From Cytophagales bacterium (GTDB lineage: Bacteria > Bacteroidota > Bacteroidia > Cytophagales > Microscillaceae): a stretch of 55,898 nt of DNA. Both the position numbers and the translations under genes were made by a program. Every line of letters begins with the position of its first letter. Position 1 is the first letter of the stretch. The stretch lies in contig JANPJR010000030.1 of NCBI GenBank assembly GCA_031425615.1, positions 274,492-330,389 of the forward strand. Reading direction: 5' to 3'. Of this stretch, positions 30,229 to 39,638 are shown piece by piece. A model generated the notes under the pieces. It saw nothing but the letters and a program-made list of their open reading frames with translations. It ran no database searches and was not told where the DNA came from.

Positions 30229-30340
30229 AAAAAAACTCAATTAACTGAAAAAACTGACAACTAAAAAAACTGAATTGACTGAAAAAACTGACAACTGAAA
30301 AGACTAAATTAACTGAAAAAACTAAATTAACTTAAAAAAT
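30229..30340 (+). repeat. tandem array of the AACTGACAACTGAAAAA / AACTAAATTAACTGAAAAA dispersed motif
   Basis: Five or more units directly 5' of the 30342 start codon. An inverted partner array lies at 32950-33016. Confidence 0.8.
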
Positions 30341-30341
30341 C

Positions 30342-32954
30342 ATGTCCAATCAAACCGCTACAAAAACCTTTAAAATACGTCCTATTCATACCAAAATTAT
30401 ATTTTGGGTGTTTTTTACTGCACTTTTGGCAATGATTGGGATTGCGATAAGCATATACAAATGGATATACAATCCTTTGGAACTCACTTTTTTGGGTTGG
30501 GTACTGATAAGTGGGGGTATTGTTTTTCTGCAATTTGGTTTATGGTTTTCGTTTTTACGTGTGGTTGTAGCACCTTTACAAAATCTTGCACAAACTGCAA
30601 AATCAATATCAGAAGGCGACATTTCTATAAATGTAGAAATTAATGCTTTTGATGAAATAGGAAGTATTGCCCATTCCACAAATTCTATTGCACAAAGCAT
30701 CAAACAAGCGAGAGAATTTACAAATAGCATAGGCGAAGGGAATTTTGAGGTTTCAATTTTACAAACTAACCAAAAAAATACAGAAAAAGATGGGCTGTTT
30801 ATTTCATTAATGAAAATGCGAAACCAGCTTAAAAAAGTAGCAGATGAAGATGGAAAACGTAATTGGATTGCCAAAGGTATGGCAGAATTTACCAAAATAT
30901 TACAGTCCAACGATATTAGTATTCAAGAATTGGGTAAAGCTGTAATTGTTGAACTTATCAATTATTTGAAAGCCTCACAAGGGGCAATATTCATGTTGAA
31001 TAATTTTCAAGAAGACAATCCATATTTAGAACTTGTGGCAACTTATGCATACAATAAATTGTCATTTGAAGAAAAAAAAATTATCCTAAAAGAAAATTTT
31101 GCTGATGGTCTTGTGGGACAGGCTTTTTTGGAAAATAATATCATCAACCTTTCTAATATTCCGCCCAATTACCCTTACATTTCTTCAGGTTTGGGTGAAA
31201 CACAACCAAAAAATATCCTTATTGTACCACTTCAACTCAATGGTAAAACGGAGGGCGTAGTAGAAATTGCATCTTTTAGTACGTTCCAACCACACGAAAT
31301 AGAATTTATTGAGCGTATTTCGCAAAATATTGCCTCTGCAATACTTACCATTAAAACAAATGACAACACCAAAAAATTATTATATGAATCTCAAACGCTT
31401 GCCACAAAACTACAAGCACAAGAAAATGAACTAAAAGAAAGTTTATTAGAATTGCAAAGTAGTCAAATGGAAATAGAAAAGAAAAACCAAGAAATAGAAG
31501 CCCAAAAACGCAAAACCGAAGAAGCACTTGAAGAACAAACCGAAAAAAGCGAAATGCTTGAAGCACAAGAAGAAGAAATGCGTCAAAATATGGACGAATT
31601 GCTTACCATACAAGAACAAATGCGTATTACGCAGCTTGAACTTGATGGTCAGCTCAATGCAATCAATTCAAGTGCCATTTGCAAAGTAGAATATTCATTG
31701 GAAGGCAAAATCATAAAAGCAAATGAAAGTTATTGCAAACTTGTAAAATGTGATGAAGATGAAGTAAAAAATCTCCCACATAGCACATTTGTTGATAATA
31801 GATTTGCAAAAACAGACGCATATAAAATGTTTTGGGAAAATCTTAAAAATGGTATTCCACAAACAGGTGATTATCAATATGTGGATTGGGAAGGTGAAGA
31901 GTTTTGGATAAATGCGGTGTATTCGCCTATGTTGGATAACAAAGGCAAACCTCAAAAAATTATTCAACTCGCTTTTGACATTACAGAAGCAAAAAATCTC
32001 CTCCAAGAAATTCAAATGCAAACTTCTGTACTCAAAATGCAAGAAACGGAACTAAAAGACCGTATGAAACAACTCACAAACGCACAAGCAGAAATCAATG
32101 CCAAAAATCAAGCAATTATTGAACTCAAGGAAGAAGAAACCCGCAATGCACAACAACGTACCAGAGAAACTGAAAGCAAAAACCAACTTATCACATCAAG
32201 CATCAATTACGCCCAAAGTATTCAAAAAGCCATATTACCCAATGAAGACAAAATAAAGCAATATGTACAAGATTTTTTCGTGATTTTTATGCCAAAAGAT
32301 ATTGTTTCAGGTGATTTTTATTGGTTTTTGCATGTAGAACAACTCAATATTTCGTTTTTTGCTACTGTTGATTGCACAGGACATGGTGTGCCAGGTGCTT
32401 TTATGTCTATTATTGGTAATACTATTCTTAATGAAATCGTCAATGGACAAAAAATATATGAACCACACAAAATCCTTGAACTCTTACATATTGGCATAAG
32501 AACACGCCTAAGACAAGGCGAAACCACCAACCAAGATGGTATGGATATCGTACTCTGTAAAATAGCCCCAACAGCAACAGAAGAGGTAATCGTAACTTTT
32601 GCAGGAGCAAAAAGACCAATTTTTGTGTACGAAAATACATTACACGAAATACAAGAACATAAAGGCGACCGCAAATCTATTGGTGGATTTCAAGGAGAAG
32701 ATTATAGAGCTTTTTCGCAACAAGAATTTACCCTCAAAAAAGGAAATATCTTGTACCTCACAAGTGATGGCATAATGGATAATCCTAACCAACAACGTAA
32801 AAAATTTGGTGTACAAAAATTTAAAGATATTGCCCTCCAAAATATCAATAAAACCCTAAAACAACAATGTATTCTGCTTATCAACGAAATCATTTCACAC
32901 CAAGACGGAGCAGACCAACGTGATGATATTACAGTTATGGGGATAAGGTTGTAA
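30342..32954 (+). CDS. membrane sensor PP2C/SpoIIE phosphatase: 2 TM, HAMP, GAF, PAS, coiled-coils, PP2C (second SiaA-like protein)
   Basis: 870 aa. The TM pair flanks a short loop. HAMP-like ...VVVAPLQNLAQTAKSISEGDISINVEI.... GAF ...SQGAIFMLNNFQ...GVVEIASFS. PAS ...AICKVEYSLEGKII...WINAVYSPMLDNKG. C-terminal PP2C KDIVSGDFYWFLHV...VDCTGHGVPGAFMSIIG...YLTSDGIMD. Confidence 0.85.
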   Translation: MSNQTATKTFKIRPIHTKIIFWVFFTALLAMIGIAISIYKWIYNPLELTFLGWVLISGGIVFLQFGLWFSFLRVVVAPLQNLAQTAKSISEGDISINVEINAFDEIGSIAHSTNSIAQSIKQAREFTNSIGEGNFEVSILQTNQKNTEKDGLFISLMKMRNQLKKVADEDGKRNWIAKGMAEFTKILQSNDISIQELGKAVIVELINYLKASQGAIFMLNNFQEDNPYLELVATYAYNKLSFEEKKIILKENFADGLVGQAFLENNIINLSNIPPNYPYISSGLGETQPKNILIVPLQLNGKTEGVVEIASFSTFQPHEIEFIERISQNIASAILTIKTNDNTKKLLYESQTLATKLQAQENELKESLLELQSSQMEIEKKNQEIEAQKRKTEEALEEQTEKSEMLEAQEEEMRQNMDELLTIQEQMRITQLELDGQLNAINSSAICKVEYSLEGKIIKANESYCKLVKCDEDEVKNLPHSTFVDNRFAKTDAYKMFWENLKNGIPQTGDYQYVDWEGEEFWINAVYSPMLDNKGKPQKIIQLAFDITEAKNLLQEIQMQTSVLKMQETELKDRMKQLTNAQAEINAKNQAIIELKEEETRNAQQRTRETESKNQLITSSINYAQSIQKAILPNEDKIKQYVQDFFVIFMPKDIVSGDFYWFLHVEQLNISFFATVDCTGHGVPGAFMSIIGNTILNEIVNGQKIYEPHKILELLHIGIRTRLRQGETTNQDGMDIVLCKIAPTATEEVIVTFAGAKRPIFVYENTLHEIQEHKGDRKSIGGFQGEDYRAFSQQEFTLKKGNILYLTSDGIMDNPNQQRKKFGVQKFKDIALQNINKTLKQQCILLINEIISHQDGADQRDDITVMGIRL

Positions 32955-33016
32955 TTTTTTTCAGTTGTCAGTTTTTTCAGTTAATTTAGTTTTTTCAGTT
33001 GTTATTTTTTTAGTTA
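32950..33016 (-). repeat. inverted copy of the AACTGACAACTGAAAAA array
   Basis: ttttttcagttgtcagttttttcagttaatttagttttttcagttgtt is the reverse complement of the 30229-30340 units. Confidence 0.8.
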
Positions 33017-33070
33017 AAGGTATTTTATTTCCTTGGGGCTTGCTCTCCCTTTGAGGGTTGGGAGTTTCCT

Positions 33071-33367
33071 TTAAAAAACCTCCATATACTCCTCCACCGA
33101 AAAAGCCACAGGTTTATCTGCAAAAAGGGTTTTGGTAAATGCCCAAACCCCTTTGAATAATTCAGAATTGCGGTATTTATCCAAATATTCTGTTGAAATC
33201 CAATGGCTGTGCGTACAAAAAATATTTGGATTGTGTGCATCACGCCACAACACTAATCGTAGGCAACCTTCAAAATGCCTAATTTTTTGCTTATTTTCCT
33301 CAAAATTTTGTAAAAAAGCCTCTACTTTATCTTCTTGAAAAGTAAGACGTACAATGCGAATAATCAT
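33071..33367 (-). CDS. antibiotic-biosynthesis-monooxygenase (ABM) domain protein
   Basis: MIIRIVRLTFQEDKVEAFLQNF...FEGCLRLVLWRDAHNPNIFCTHSHWIS is an ABM fold pattern. The ORF track extends to 33403 but that extension overlaps the dispersed repeat, so the internal Met is preferred. Confidence 0.6.
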   Translation of the reverse strand: MIIRIVRLTFQEDKVEAFLQNFEENKQKIRHFEGCLRLVLWRDAHNPNIFCTHSHWISTEYLDKYRNSELFKGVWAFTKTLFADKPVAFSVEEYMEVF

Positions 33368-33695
33368 AAAAATAATATCAGTTATCAGTTTTTGAGTTGT
33401 CAATTTAAAAATATTTTTTCAAAAATAAATGATTTTCTACACTTTATTCCTAAAATTATCGCTAAAAATTCAATTTCAATTTTAATAAAATTATTTTTTT
33501 GGATTTGTTCCCTTTGAAGGTTAGAGACTTAATCACTACAAAAAAAATTATTTTTCATTTCCTTTTAACCAAAAAAAACGTTTATATTTGTAGTTATTTT
33601 TTTATCTTGAAAATGAAAAATAATTGTTTTTATTTTTAACAAAATTTTAAAAAATAAACAAATTAAATTTTTAGACTTTTAAAACGCATCAAAAA

Positions 33696-36263
33696 ATGGC
33701 AGGCAAAAATCAAAATTCAGGTATTTCTAATGTAATAGGCAAACTCCAACCACAGGCATTGGATTTGGAGGAATCTGTATTGGGAGCGTTAATGATTGAA
33801 AAAGACGCACTCAATTTGGTGATTGATACCCTGCGTCCTGAAAGTTTTTATAAGCCTGCACACCAAGAAATTTATAGGGCAATTTTTGACCTTTTTGCAA
33901 GCTCTCAGCCTATTGACTTCAAAATGGTAGTGCAACAACTCCGCAAAAATGGCAAAATAGACCTCGTAGGCGGTGCCAATTATGTAATGCAACTCACAAG
34001 TGGCGTGCAATCGTCTGCCAATATAGAAGCGCATGCAAGGATTATCACAGAACAGGCAATCAAGAGAGAACTTATACAAATATCTTCCGAAATACACAAA
34101 GATTCGCTTGATGAAGGAAAAGATATTTTTGACCTTTTAGACCAAACAGAGCAAAAACTTTTTCAGGTTTCAGAGAGCAATATTCGAAAGCAATATTCCA
34201 CTATGGGCAACCTTGTATCTCAAGCCCTCAAAGAACTCGAAGACCGTCGCCAACTCAAAGACGGTCTTACAGGCGTTCCTACAGGTTTTAGTGATTTGGA
34301 TAGGATTACAGGCGGGTTTCAAAAATCGGATTTAATCATACTCGCAGCGAGGCCAGCCATGGGCAAGTGCCACGCACTTGGCACGATTATTGTTATGTGG
34401 GACGGAACGCTCAAAAAAGTAGAGGATATTGTGGTGGGAGATGTGCTAATGGGTGATGATTCTACCCCAAGAAAAGTACTTTCATTGGCTCGTGGGCGTG
34501 AAATGATGTACTGGGTTAGGCAAAATAAAGGGGTGGATTATCGGGTAAATGAAAGCCATATTTTATCCTTAAAAAGAAGCAGAACAGAATACAAACATAA
34601 AAATGGCGATATTTTAGACATTGAATTAAAAGAATTTTTACAAAAAAGTAAAAAATTTAAAAGCAATTATAAAGGATATAGGGTTGCAGTTGAGTTTGAG
34701 GAAAAAACCACCACCATAGAACCTTATTTTTTAGGGCTTTGGTTGGGTGCTGGAAACTCCAATTCTGCCCAAATTACAAACACTGATGAGGAGGTTAAAA
34801 ACTATCTTTATGAATATGGAGACAGACTAAAAATCCCTGTTTCTGTCAGTATTTTAAATAATAATCCTAAACACACAAGATATAAACTGCACAAAGATTA
34901 TGATAATGATTGGTCGTTTTTAGAATTTGAAATCAATAGGTTAAATTTAAGAAACAACAAACACATTCCTCACCATTATTTGGTGAACAATACCCAAAAA
35001 AGGTTAGAGTTATTGGCGGGTTTAGTAGATAGTGATGGGCATTATTTGAAAGGTAGCAATGGGTACGAGATTACCTTTAAAAACAAACATCTTGCCCAAC
35101 AGCTTAAATTTTTGGTAGATTCGCTTGGTTTTCGTGCCTCTTTAATTCCTAAAAAAGCAACCATCAAAAGCATAAATTACGAAACAGAGGTATATCGTGT
35201 GCGTTTTTTTGGTGATGTGGATAAAATCCCAGCAAGAATCCCTCGCAAAAAAGCCCTTCCTTGGCGTGATACACATCGTACTTGGCTACAAACGGGTTTT
35301 AAGATAGAAAAAGACATAATAGATGATTATTATGGTTTTGTGATAGATGGCAATCACAGATTTTTGTTGGAGGATATGACTGTGGTGCATAATACTGCGT
35401 TTTCGCTTTCATTGTTGCGAAATGCTGCAGTAGATTTTGGCAAACCTTGTGCCTTTTTTTCATTGGAAATGTCAGAAATACAGCTTGTAAATCGTCTTTT
35501 GTCAGGTGAGGCAGAGGTAGAAAGTGACAAAATAAGACGTGGCAGAATGGAAGAGTGGGAATGGCTAAAAATCCACGAAAAAACCCAAAAACTTAGAGAA
35601 TCACCCATTTTTATTGACGATACGCCTGCTATTTCTTTACTTGAATTGCGCGCAAAATGTAGGCGTTTGAAAGCACAACACGATATACAGCTGATAGTGG
35701 TAGATTATCTCCAACTTATGACCGCTTCCACAGGCAAAAATACAATGGGTAATCGCGAGCAAGAGATTTCTACGATTTCACGTGGATTAAAAATGATCGC
35801 AAAAGAACTTAATGTACCTGTAATTGCCTTAGCACAGCTCAGTAGGGCGGTTGAAACAAGGGGAGGCGAAAAAAAACCGCAACTTTCTGACCTTAGGGAA
35901 TCTGGCTCATTGGAACAAGATGCTGATATTGTGATTTTCCTATATCGTCCAGAATATTACGGTTTCGCAACTGATGCAGAAGGAAACGCAACCAAAGATG
36001 TAGGCGAAGTAATCATTGCAAAACACCGTAACGGTTCGCTGGACACGGTTAAATTAAAATTTATTGGACGATACACTAAATTTGAAAACTTAGAAGGGGC
36101 TAATTTTATGCCTCGTACCAACAATACACAAGCTACTACACAACCAATTTTTAATAGTAAAATCAATAATACTACACCAACCACACAACAAAACCCAAAT
36201 ACCCAAGACATGAATGGATTCCAAAATAATACACCAAGATTAGATGATGAACCACCTTTTTAA
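33696..36263 (+). CDS. dnaB: replicative DNA helicase DnaB, interrupted by an in-frame intein
   Basis: N-terminal DnaB domain (LDLEESVLGALMIE...). Walker A LAARPAMGK|C is interrupted. The extein resumes ...HN|TAFSLSLLRNAAV. Downstream are Walker B LIVVDYLQLM and RecA-like motifs (LAQLSRAVE, SGSLEQDADIV). Low-complexity C-terminal tail. Confidence 0.9.
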   Translation: MAGKNQNSGISNVIGKLQPQALDLEESVLGALMIEKDALNLVIDTLRPESFYKPAHQEIYRAIFDLFASSQPIDFKMVVQQLRKNGKIDLVGGANYVMQLTSGVQSSANIEAHARIITEQAIKRELIQISSEIHKDSLDEGKDIFDLLDQTEQKLFQVSESNIRKQYSTMGNLVSQALKELEDRRQLKDGLTGVPTGFSDLDRITGGFQKSDLIILAARPAMGKCHALGTIIVMWDGTLKKVEDIVVGDVLMGDDSTPRKVLSLARGREMMYWVRQNKGVDYRVNESHILSLKRSRTEYKHKNGDILDIELKEFLQKSKKFKSNYKGYRVAVEFEEKTTTIEPYFLGLWLGAGNSNSAQITNTDEEVKNYLYEYGDRLKIPVSVSILNNNPKHTRYKLHKDYDNDWSFLEFEINRLNLRNNKHIPHHYLVNNTQKRLELLAGLVDSDGHYLKGSNGYEITFKNKHLAQQLKFLVDSLGFRASLIPKKATIKSINYETEVYRVRFFGDVDKIPARIPRKKALPWRDTHRTWLQTGFKIEKDIIDDYYGFVIDGNHRFLLEDMTVVHNTAFSLSLLRNAAVDFGKPCAFFSLEMSEIQLVNRLLSGEAEVESDKIRRGRMEEWEWLKIHEKTQKLRESPIFIDDTPAISLLELRAKCRRLKAQHDIQLIVVDYLQLMTASTGKNTMGNREQEISTISRGLKMIAKELNVPVIALAQLSRAVETRGGEKKPQLSDLRESGSLEQDADIVIFLYRPEYYGFATDAEGNATKDVGEVIIAKHRNGSLDTVKLKFIGRYTKFENLEGANFMPRTNNTQATTQPIFNSKINNTTPTTQQNPNTQDMNGFQNNTPRLDDEPPF
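34368..35393 (+). mobile_element. DnaB intein (342 aa) carrying a LAGLIDADG-type homing-endonuclease domain
   Basis: Begins Cys (CHALGTIIVMWDG, block A) and ends VVHN followed by extein Thr. Internal YFLGLWLGAGNS (degenerate) and LLAGLVDSDGHY (canonical LAGLIDADG). Length divisible by 3; excision restores GKT of the P-loop. Confidence 0.8.
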
Positions 36264-36351
36264 AATTTAGCTAAAAAATGCAATAACCAATCATGGATTT
36301 ATCACAAAAATATATGTACTTTTGCTTTTAAACTAAACTTTCATTTTATCC

Positions 36352-37167
36352 ATGTCAATATTCAAAAATAAAACGCTCTTTATCACAGGAGCAAGCAGAG
36401 GCATAGGCAAAGAAATTGCGGTAAGATTTGCAAAAGAAGGTGCAAATATCATTATCGTTGCCAAAACTGCAGAAGCACACGCCAAACTCGCAGGTACAAT
36501 TTACGAAACCGCAGAAGCAGTGGAAAAAGCAGGCGGAAAAGCCCTTCCCCTCATGGTAGATGTACGCGAAGAAGCACAAGTATATGACGCAGTAGCCAAA
36601 GGCGTTGAGAAATTTGGTGGCATTGATATTCTTGTGAATAATGCAAGTGCTATCCAACTTACCAACACATTGGATACAGACATGAAACGTTATGACCTTA
36701 TGAACCAAATCAATACAAGAGGCACTTTTTTGTGTTCAAAAGCCTGTATTCCGCATTTGTTGAAAGCAGAAAACCCACATGTACTTAATCTTTCGCCACC
36801 ACTCAACATGGAAACACGTTGGTTTGCCCCACATGTCGCCTATACAATGGCAAAATTTGGTATGAGTATGTGCGTACTCGGTATGTCAGGCGAATACAAA
36901 GGAAAAATAGCTTTTAATGCTTTGTGGCCTCGCACCACTATCGCAACCGCAGCAGTCAATATGCTTGGAGGTGATTACCTCATGAACCAATCACGCACAC
37001 CAGAAATCATGTCTGATTCCGCTTTTGCAATTTTTTCAAAAGATGCAAAAACTTTTTCAGGTAATTTCTTAGTAGATGAAGATTTTTTGAGAAGCGAAGG
37101 CGTTACAGATTTCGAAAAATATTCGGTAGTGCCTGGTGGCAAACTTGCACCTGATTTCTTTGTGTAA
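36352..37167 (+). CDS. SDR-family oxidoreductase, HSDL2-like
   Basis: TGASRGIGKEIA...VNNASAI...LNLSPPLN...YTMAKFGMSM...WPRTTIATAA closely mirrors the hydroxysteroid-dehydrogenase-like-2 SDR domain. Confidence 0.8.
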   Translation: MSIFKNKTLFITGASRGIGKEIAVRFAKEGANIIIVAKTAEAHAKLAGTIYETAEAVEKAGGKALPLMVDVREEAQVYDAVAKGVEKFGGIDILVNNASAIQLTNTLDTDMKRYDLMNQINTRGTFLCSKACIPHLLKAENPHVLNLSPPLNMETRWFAPHVAYTMAKFGMSMCVLGMSGEYKGKIAFNALWPRTTIATAAVNMLGGDYLMNQSRTPEIMSDSAFAIFSKDAKTFSGNFLVDEDFLRSEGVTDFEKYSVVPGGKLAPDFFV

Positions 37168-37190
37168 ATTCCCTCAAATACACATAATGC

Positions 37191-37240
37191 AACACAGACT
37201 TTTAGTCTGTGAAATGAAACAACAGACTAAAAGTCTGTTC
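37191..37240 (+). promoter_or_regulatory. pair of mutually inverted hairpins (cacagacttttagtctgtg / aacagactaaaagtctgtt)
   Basis: Seen directly in the sequence between the SDR stop and the hslV start. Could act as a terminator or an operator. Confidence 0.35.
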
Positions 37241-37268
37241 TACAAAAAATTTATAACACACAAAAAAA

Positions 37269-37814
37269 ATGAAAAACGTTAAAATACGTTCTACAACCGT
37301 TTTAGCAGTAATGCACAATGGCGAAATAGCCATAGGCGCAGATGGACAAGCTACTATGGGTAATACGGTTGCAAAAAGCAATGTAAAAAAAATTAGAAAA
37401 TTGGCAAATGGCAAAATAATCGTTGGTTTTGCAGGTTCTACTGCTGATGCCTTTACATTATTAGAAAGATTAGAAGAAAAAATCAATGCTTTTGGACAAA
37501 ATCTAAAACGTGGTGCCATAGAACTTGCCAAAGAATGGCGTATGGACAAATATCTCCAAAAATTGGAGGCAATGATTATCGCAGTAAGCAAAGACGAAAT
37601 GCTCATTATTGCAGGTTCTGGTGATGTATTGGAGCCCGACCATAATATTGCGTCTATTGGGTCAGGCAGTATGTACGCCCAGTCAGCAGCGTTGGCACTC
37701 ACAAAACACGCTCCACACCTCACAGCAGAGGAAATAGTGCGTGAAGCGTTGCATATTGCTGCGGATATTTGTATTTACACCAATCATAATCTAATTGTAG
37801 AAAAGGTAGCGTAA
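37269..37814 (+). CDS. hslV: ATP-dependent protease subunit HslV (ClpQ)
   Basis: ...TTVLAVMHNGEIAIGADGQATMGNTVAKSNVKKIRKL...GFAGSTADAFTL... is a classic HslV sequence with the catalytic N-terminal Thr after a short leader. Confidence 0.85.
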   Translation: MKNVKIRSTTVLAVMHNGEIAIGADGQATMGNTVAKSNVKKIRKLANGKIIVGFAGSTADAFTLLERLEEKINAFGQNLKRGAIELAKEWRMDKYLQKLEAMIIAVSKDEMLIIAGSGDVLEPDHNIASIGSGSMYAQSAALALTKHAPHLTAEEIVREALHIAADICIYTNHNLIVEKVA

Positions 37815-37835
37815 ATATATTTTTTTTACAACATA

Positions 37836-37880
37836 AAAAACGGTCTTATGTTAAATAATGACCGTTTTTTTTTATTTTTT
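37836..37880 (+). terminator. rho-independent terminator after hslV
   Basis: aaaaacggtc-ttatgttaaataat-gaccgttttttttt hairpin plus U-tract. Confidence 0.6.
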
Positions 37881-38069
37881 GGCTATAAATTTCTTATAAA
37901 ACTTACCACTTTTTACCATTCGTCAAATCAAAAGACTGATTCATCAAATTAACATGCTTGTTCATCAATAATTATATTTTTAAATAAAAAAGCCTATATC
38001 TTTGTGTCAATATTTGTGTCAATAAATATTACAAAGGACTTTTCAATATACAATTTTCCATTATACAAC

Positions 38070-38618
38070 ATGAAAAACATACTATTTTTTGCCTTTCTCT
38101 TTGTTGTTACTTCTTGCATTACCTCCAAATATCCCGCAGGTGAGCCAAAAGACCAAATAGAAGATGACAAACTTATTGGTAATTGGACTTATCAACCAGC
38201 CCCTAAATACAAAGATGACCCTATGGGAAAATTCATCAAAACGCTTGCGATTACAAAAAATGAAGGTCAAAAATCATATACAATAACCATGTCAGGGCAA
38301 GAAGGAAAAGAAGAATCACTTAGTTTTAAAGTTATTATACATAAGATAAAAGGCGAAAATTTTTTGAGTTTATTTGCTGAAAAAGAAAACCCAGATAGCG
38401 AATATATATATGTGAAATACAAATTGGAAAGTAAAAAACTTATGTTGTACCCAATTGTGGAAGAAAAAGCAATAAAAGACAAAAATGCTTTTAAAAAAGA
38501 TATGGATAAAAAAACACAATTTGACAATGAAAAAGCATTGCGTACTTTGCTTGCCAAAAACACAAAAGGTGGTAACCAAAATATTAATGCCAAAGAGCCT
38601 TTAATTTATACCAAATAA
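38070..38618 (+). CDS. hypothetical lipoprotein
   Basis: MKNILFFAFLFVVTSC lipobox signal peptide; no other motifs. Confidence 0.5.
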   Translation: MKNILFFAFLFVVTSCITSKYPAGEPKDQIEDDKLIGNWTYQPAPKYKDDPMGKFIKTLAITKNEGQKSYTITMSGQEGKEESLSFKVIIHKIKGENFLSLFAEKENPDSEYIYVKYKLESKKLMLYPIVEEKAIKDKNAFKKDMDKKTQFDNEKALRTLLAKNTKGGNQNINAKEPLIYTK

Positions 38619-38923
38619 GCCAACTATAACTCAAAATCCCCCTCTTTCTAAAAAACACCCCAAGAATATTATGTACTTAGGGTGTTTTTTTATTTTTTTT
38701 GGAAATTTTGGCAAAAAAATTGAACATCTATAAATTAACTTTTTTTTGTAAATTTTTTTTTAGAGTTTTGTACTCTTTTTCAAAAAATAAATTTTAAACC
38801 CCCCAAAACAAAGAAATACAAAGCAATAGTGATTTTAAAGTATTCTTTTTTACTTTGCATCTATTTTTTAGCTTATTTTTTTCTTATTTCTTTTTTTCAA
38901 CTTATTATACGCTCATTTTATAC

Positions 38924-39565
38924 ATGCTTGCAAAAATATATTTATTGCGTTTAGCCATATTTGGTGGTATTTTTTTTGGCAATGGGATTTTTTTAAACTA
39001 TTTTTCAAATCAAGAAAAAGAAGTTAAAAAAAATATCAAAGAAATTACGCATATCCACAATCCAACCTCGCAAGAAAAAGGCACAATGCAACCCGCATGG
39101 TATCCTTATTTTAATCCCAAAAAAGCACACACGATTGTTTCCAATAGCCAAACATTGTCTTTTGAATCTATAGAAAATTTAGAAAAAGATAATTTCTTAC
39201 ATTATGAATTAACCAACGTATCTGCAAAAGACATTGTATTGCCTACGCAAGATGGCAGTTTGATGATGATAAGAGAAGGTAAAAACCCAGATGGAAAATG
39301 GCAGGCAATAGAATATTGGCGATATGATTGGGGTTTTTCGCCCAATTTTGGACAAATTATACTTAAAAGCAAACAAGCTATTTTTTTTACTGCACCTATT
39401 TACACAGGCAATTTTAAAACTGAAATGCGTTTTAAACTTAAATTAGATAGCGAAAAATCTATTTTTATTACTTCTCCAACTTTCAAAGGCAATGTGGAAA
39501 TTTCGCAATTTAATCTCCCTCCAAAATGCTTAGGTAAAAAATGGGATGGATTTGCTACGAAATAA
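38924..39565 (+). CDS. hypothetical protein with N-terminal signal anchor
   Basis: ORF 38855-39565. Likely start is at the Met of MLAKIYLLRLAIFGGIFFG. No motifs. Confidence 0.35.
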   Translation: MLAKIYLLRLAIFGGIFFGNGIFLNYFSNQEKEVKKNIKEITHIHNPTSQEKGTMQPAWYPYFNPKKAHTIVSNSQTLSFESIENLEKDNFLHYELTNVSAKDIVLPTQDGSLMMIREGKNPDGKWQAIEYWRYDWGFSPNFGQIILKSKQAIFFTAPIYTGNFKTEMRFKLKLDSEKSIFITSPTFKGNVEISQFNLPPKCLGKKWDGFATK

Positions 39566-39638
39566 AAGCCACCTACCCCCCAAAGTGGAGCAAACAGCCT
39601 TTATCTTAATTTGATATATAAATTTAATGCGTATTAAT

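Noticed and set aside
30386-30910. 174-aa minus-strand ORF overlapping the 5' end of the sensor PP2C gene
   Set aside because: It is antisense to the HAMP region of a well-supported 870-aa ORF and has no motifs.
33368-33403. N-terminal 12-aa extension of the ABM protein ORF
   Set aside because: The extension is encoded by the dispersed CTGATAACTGA repeat, and ABM proteins typically begin at MIIRIV-like sequences. The internal Met is preferred.
37202-37723. 173-aa minus-strand ORF
   Set aside because: It is antisense to hslV, which has unmistakable HslV motifs.
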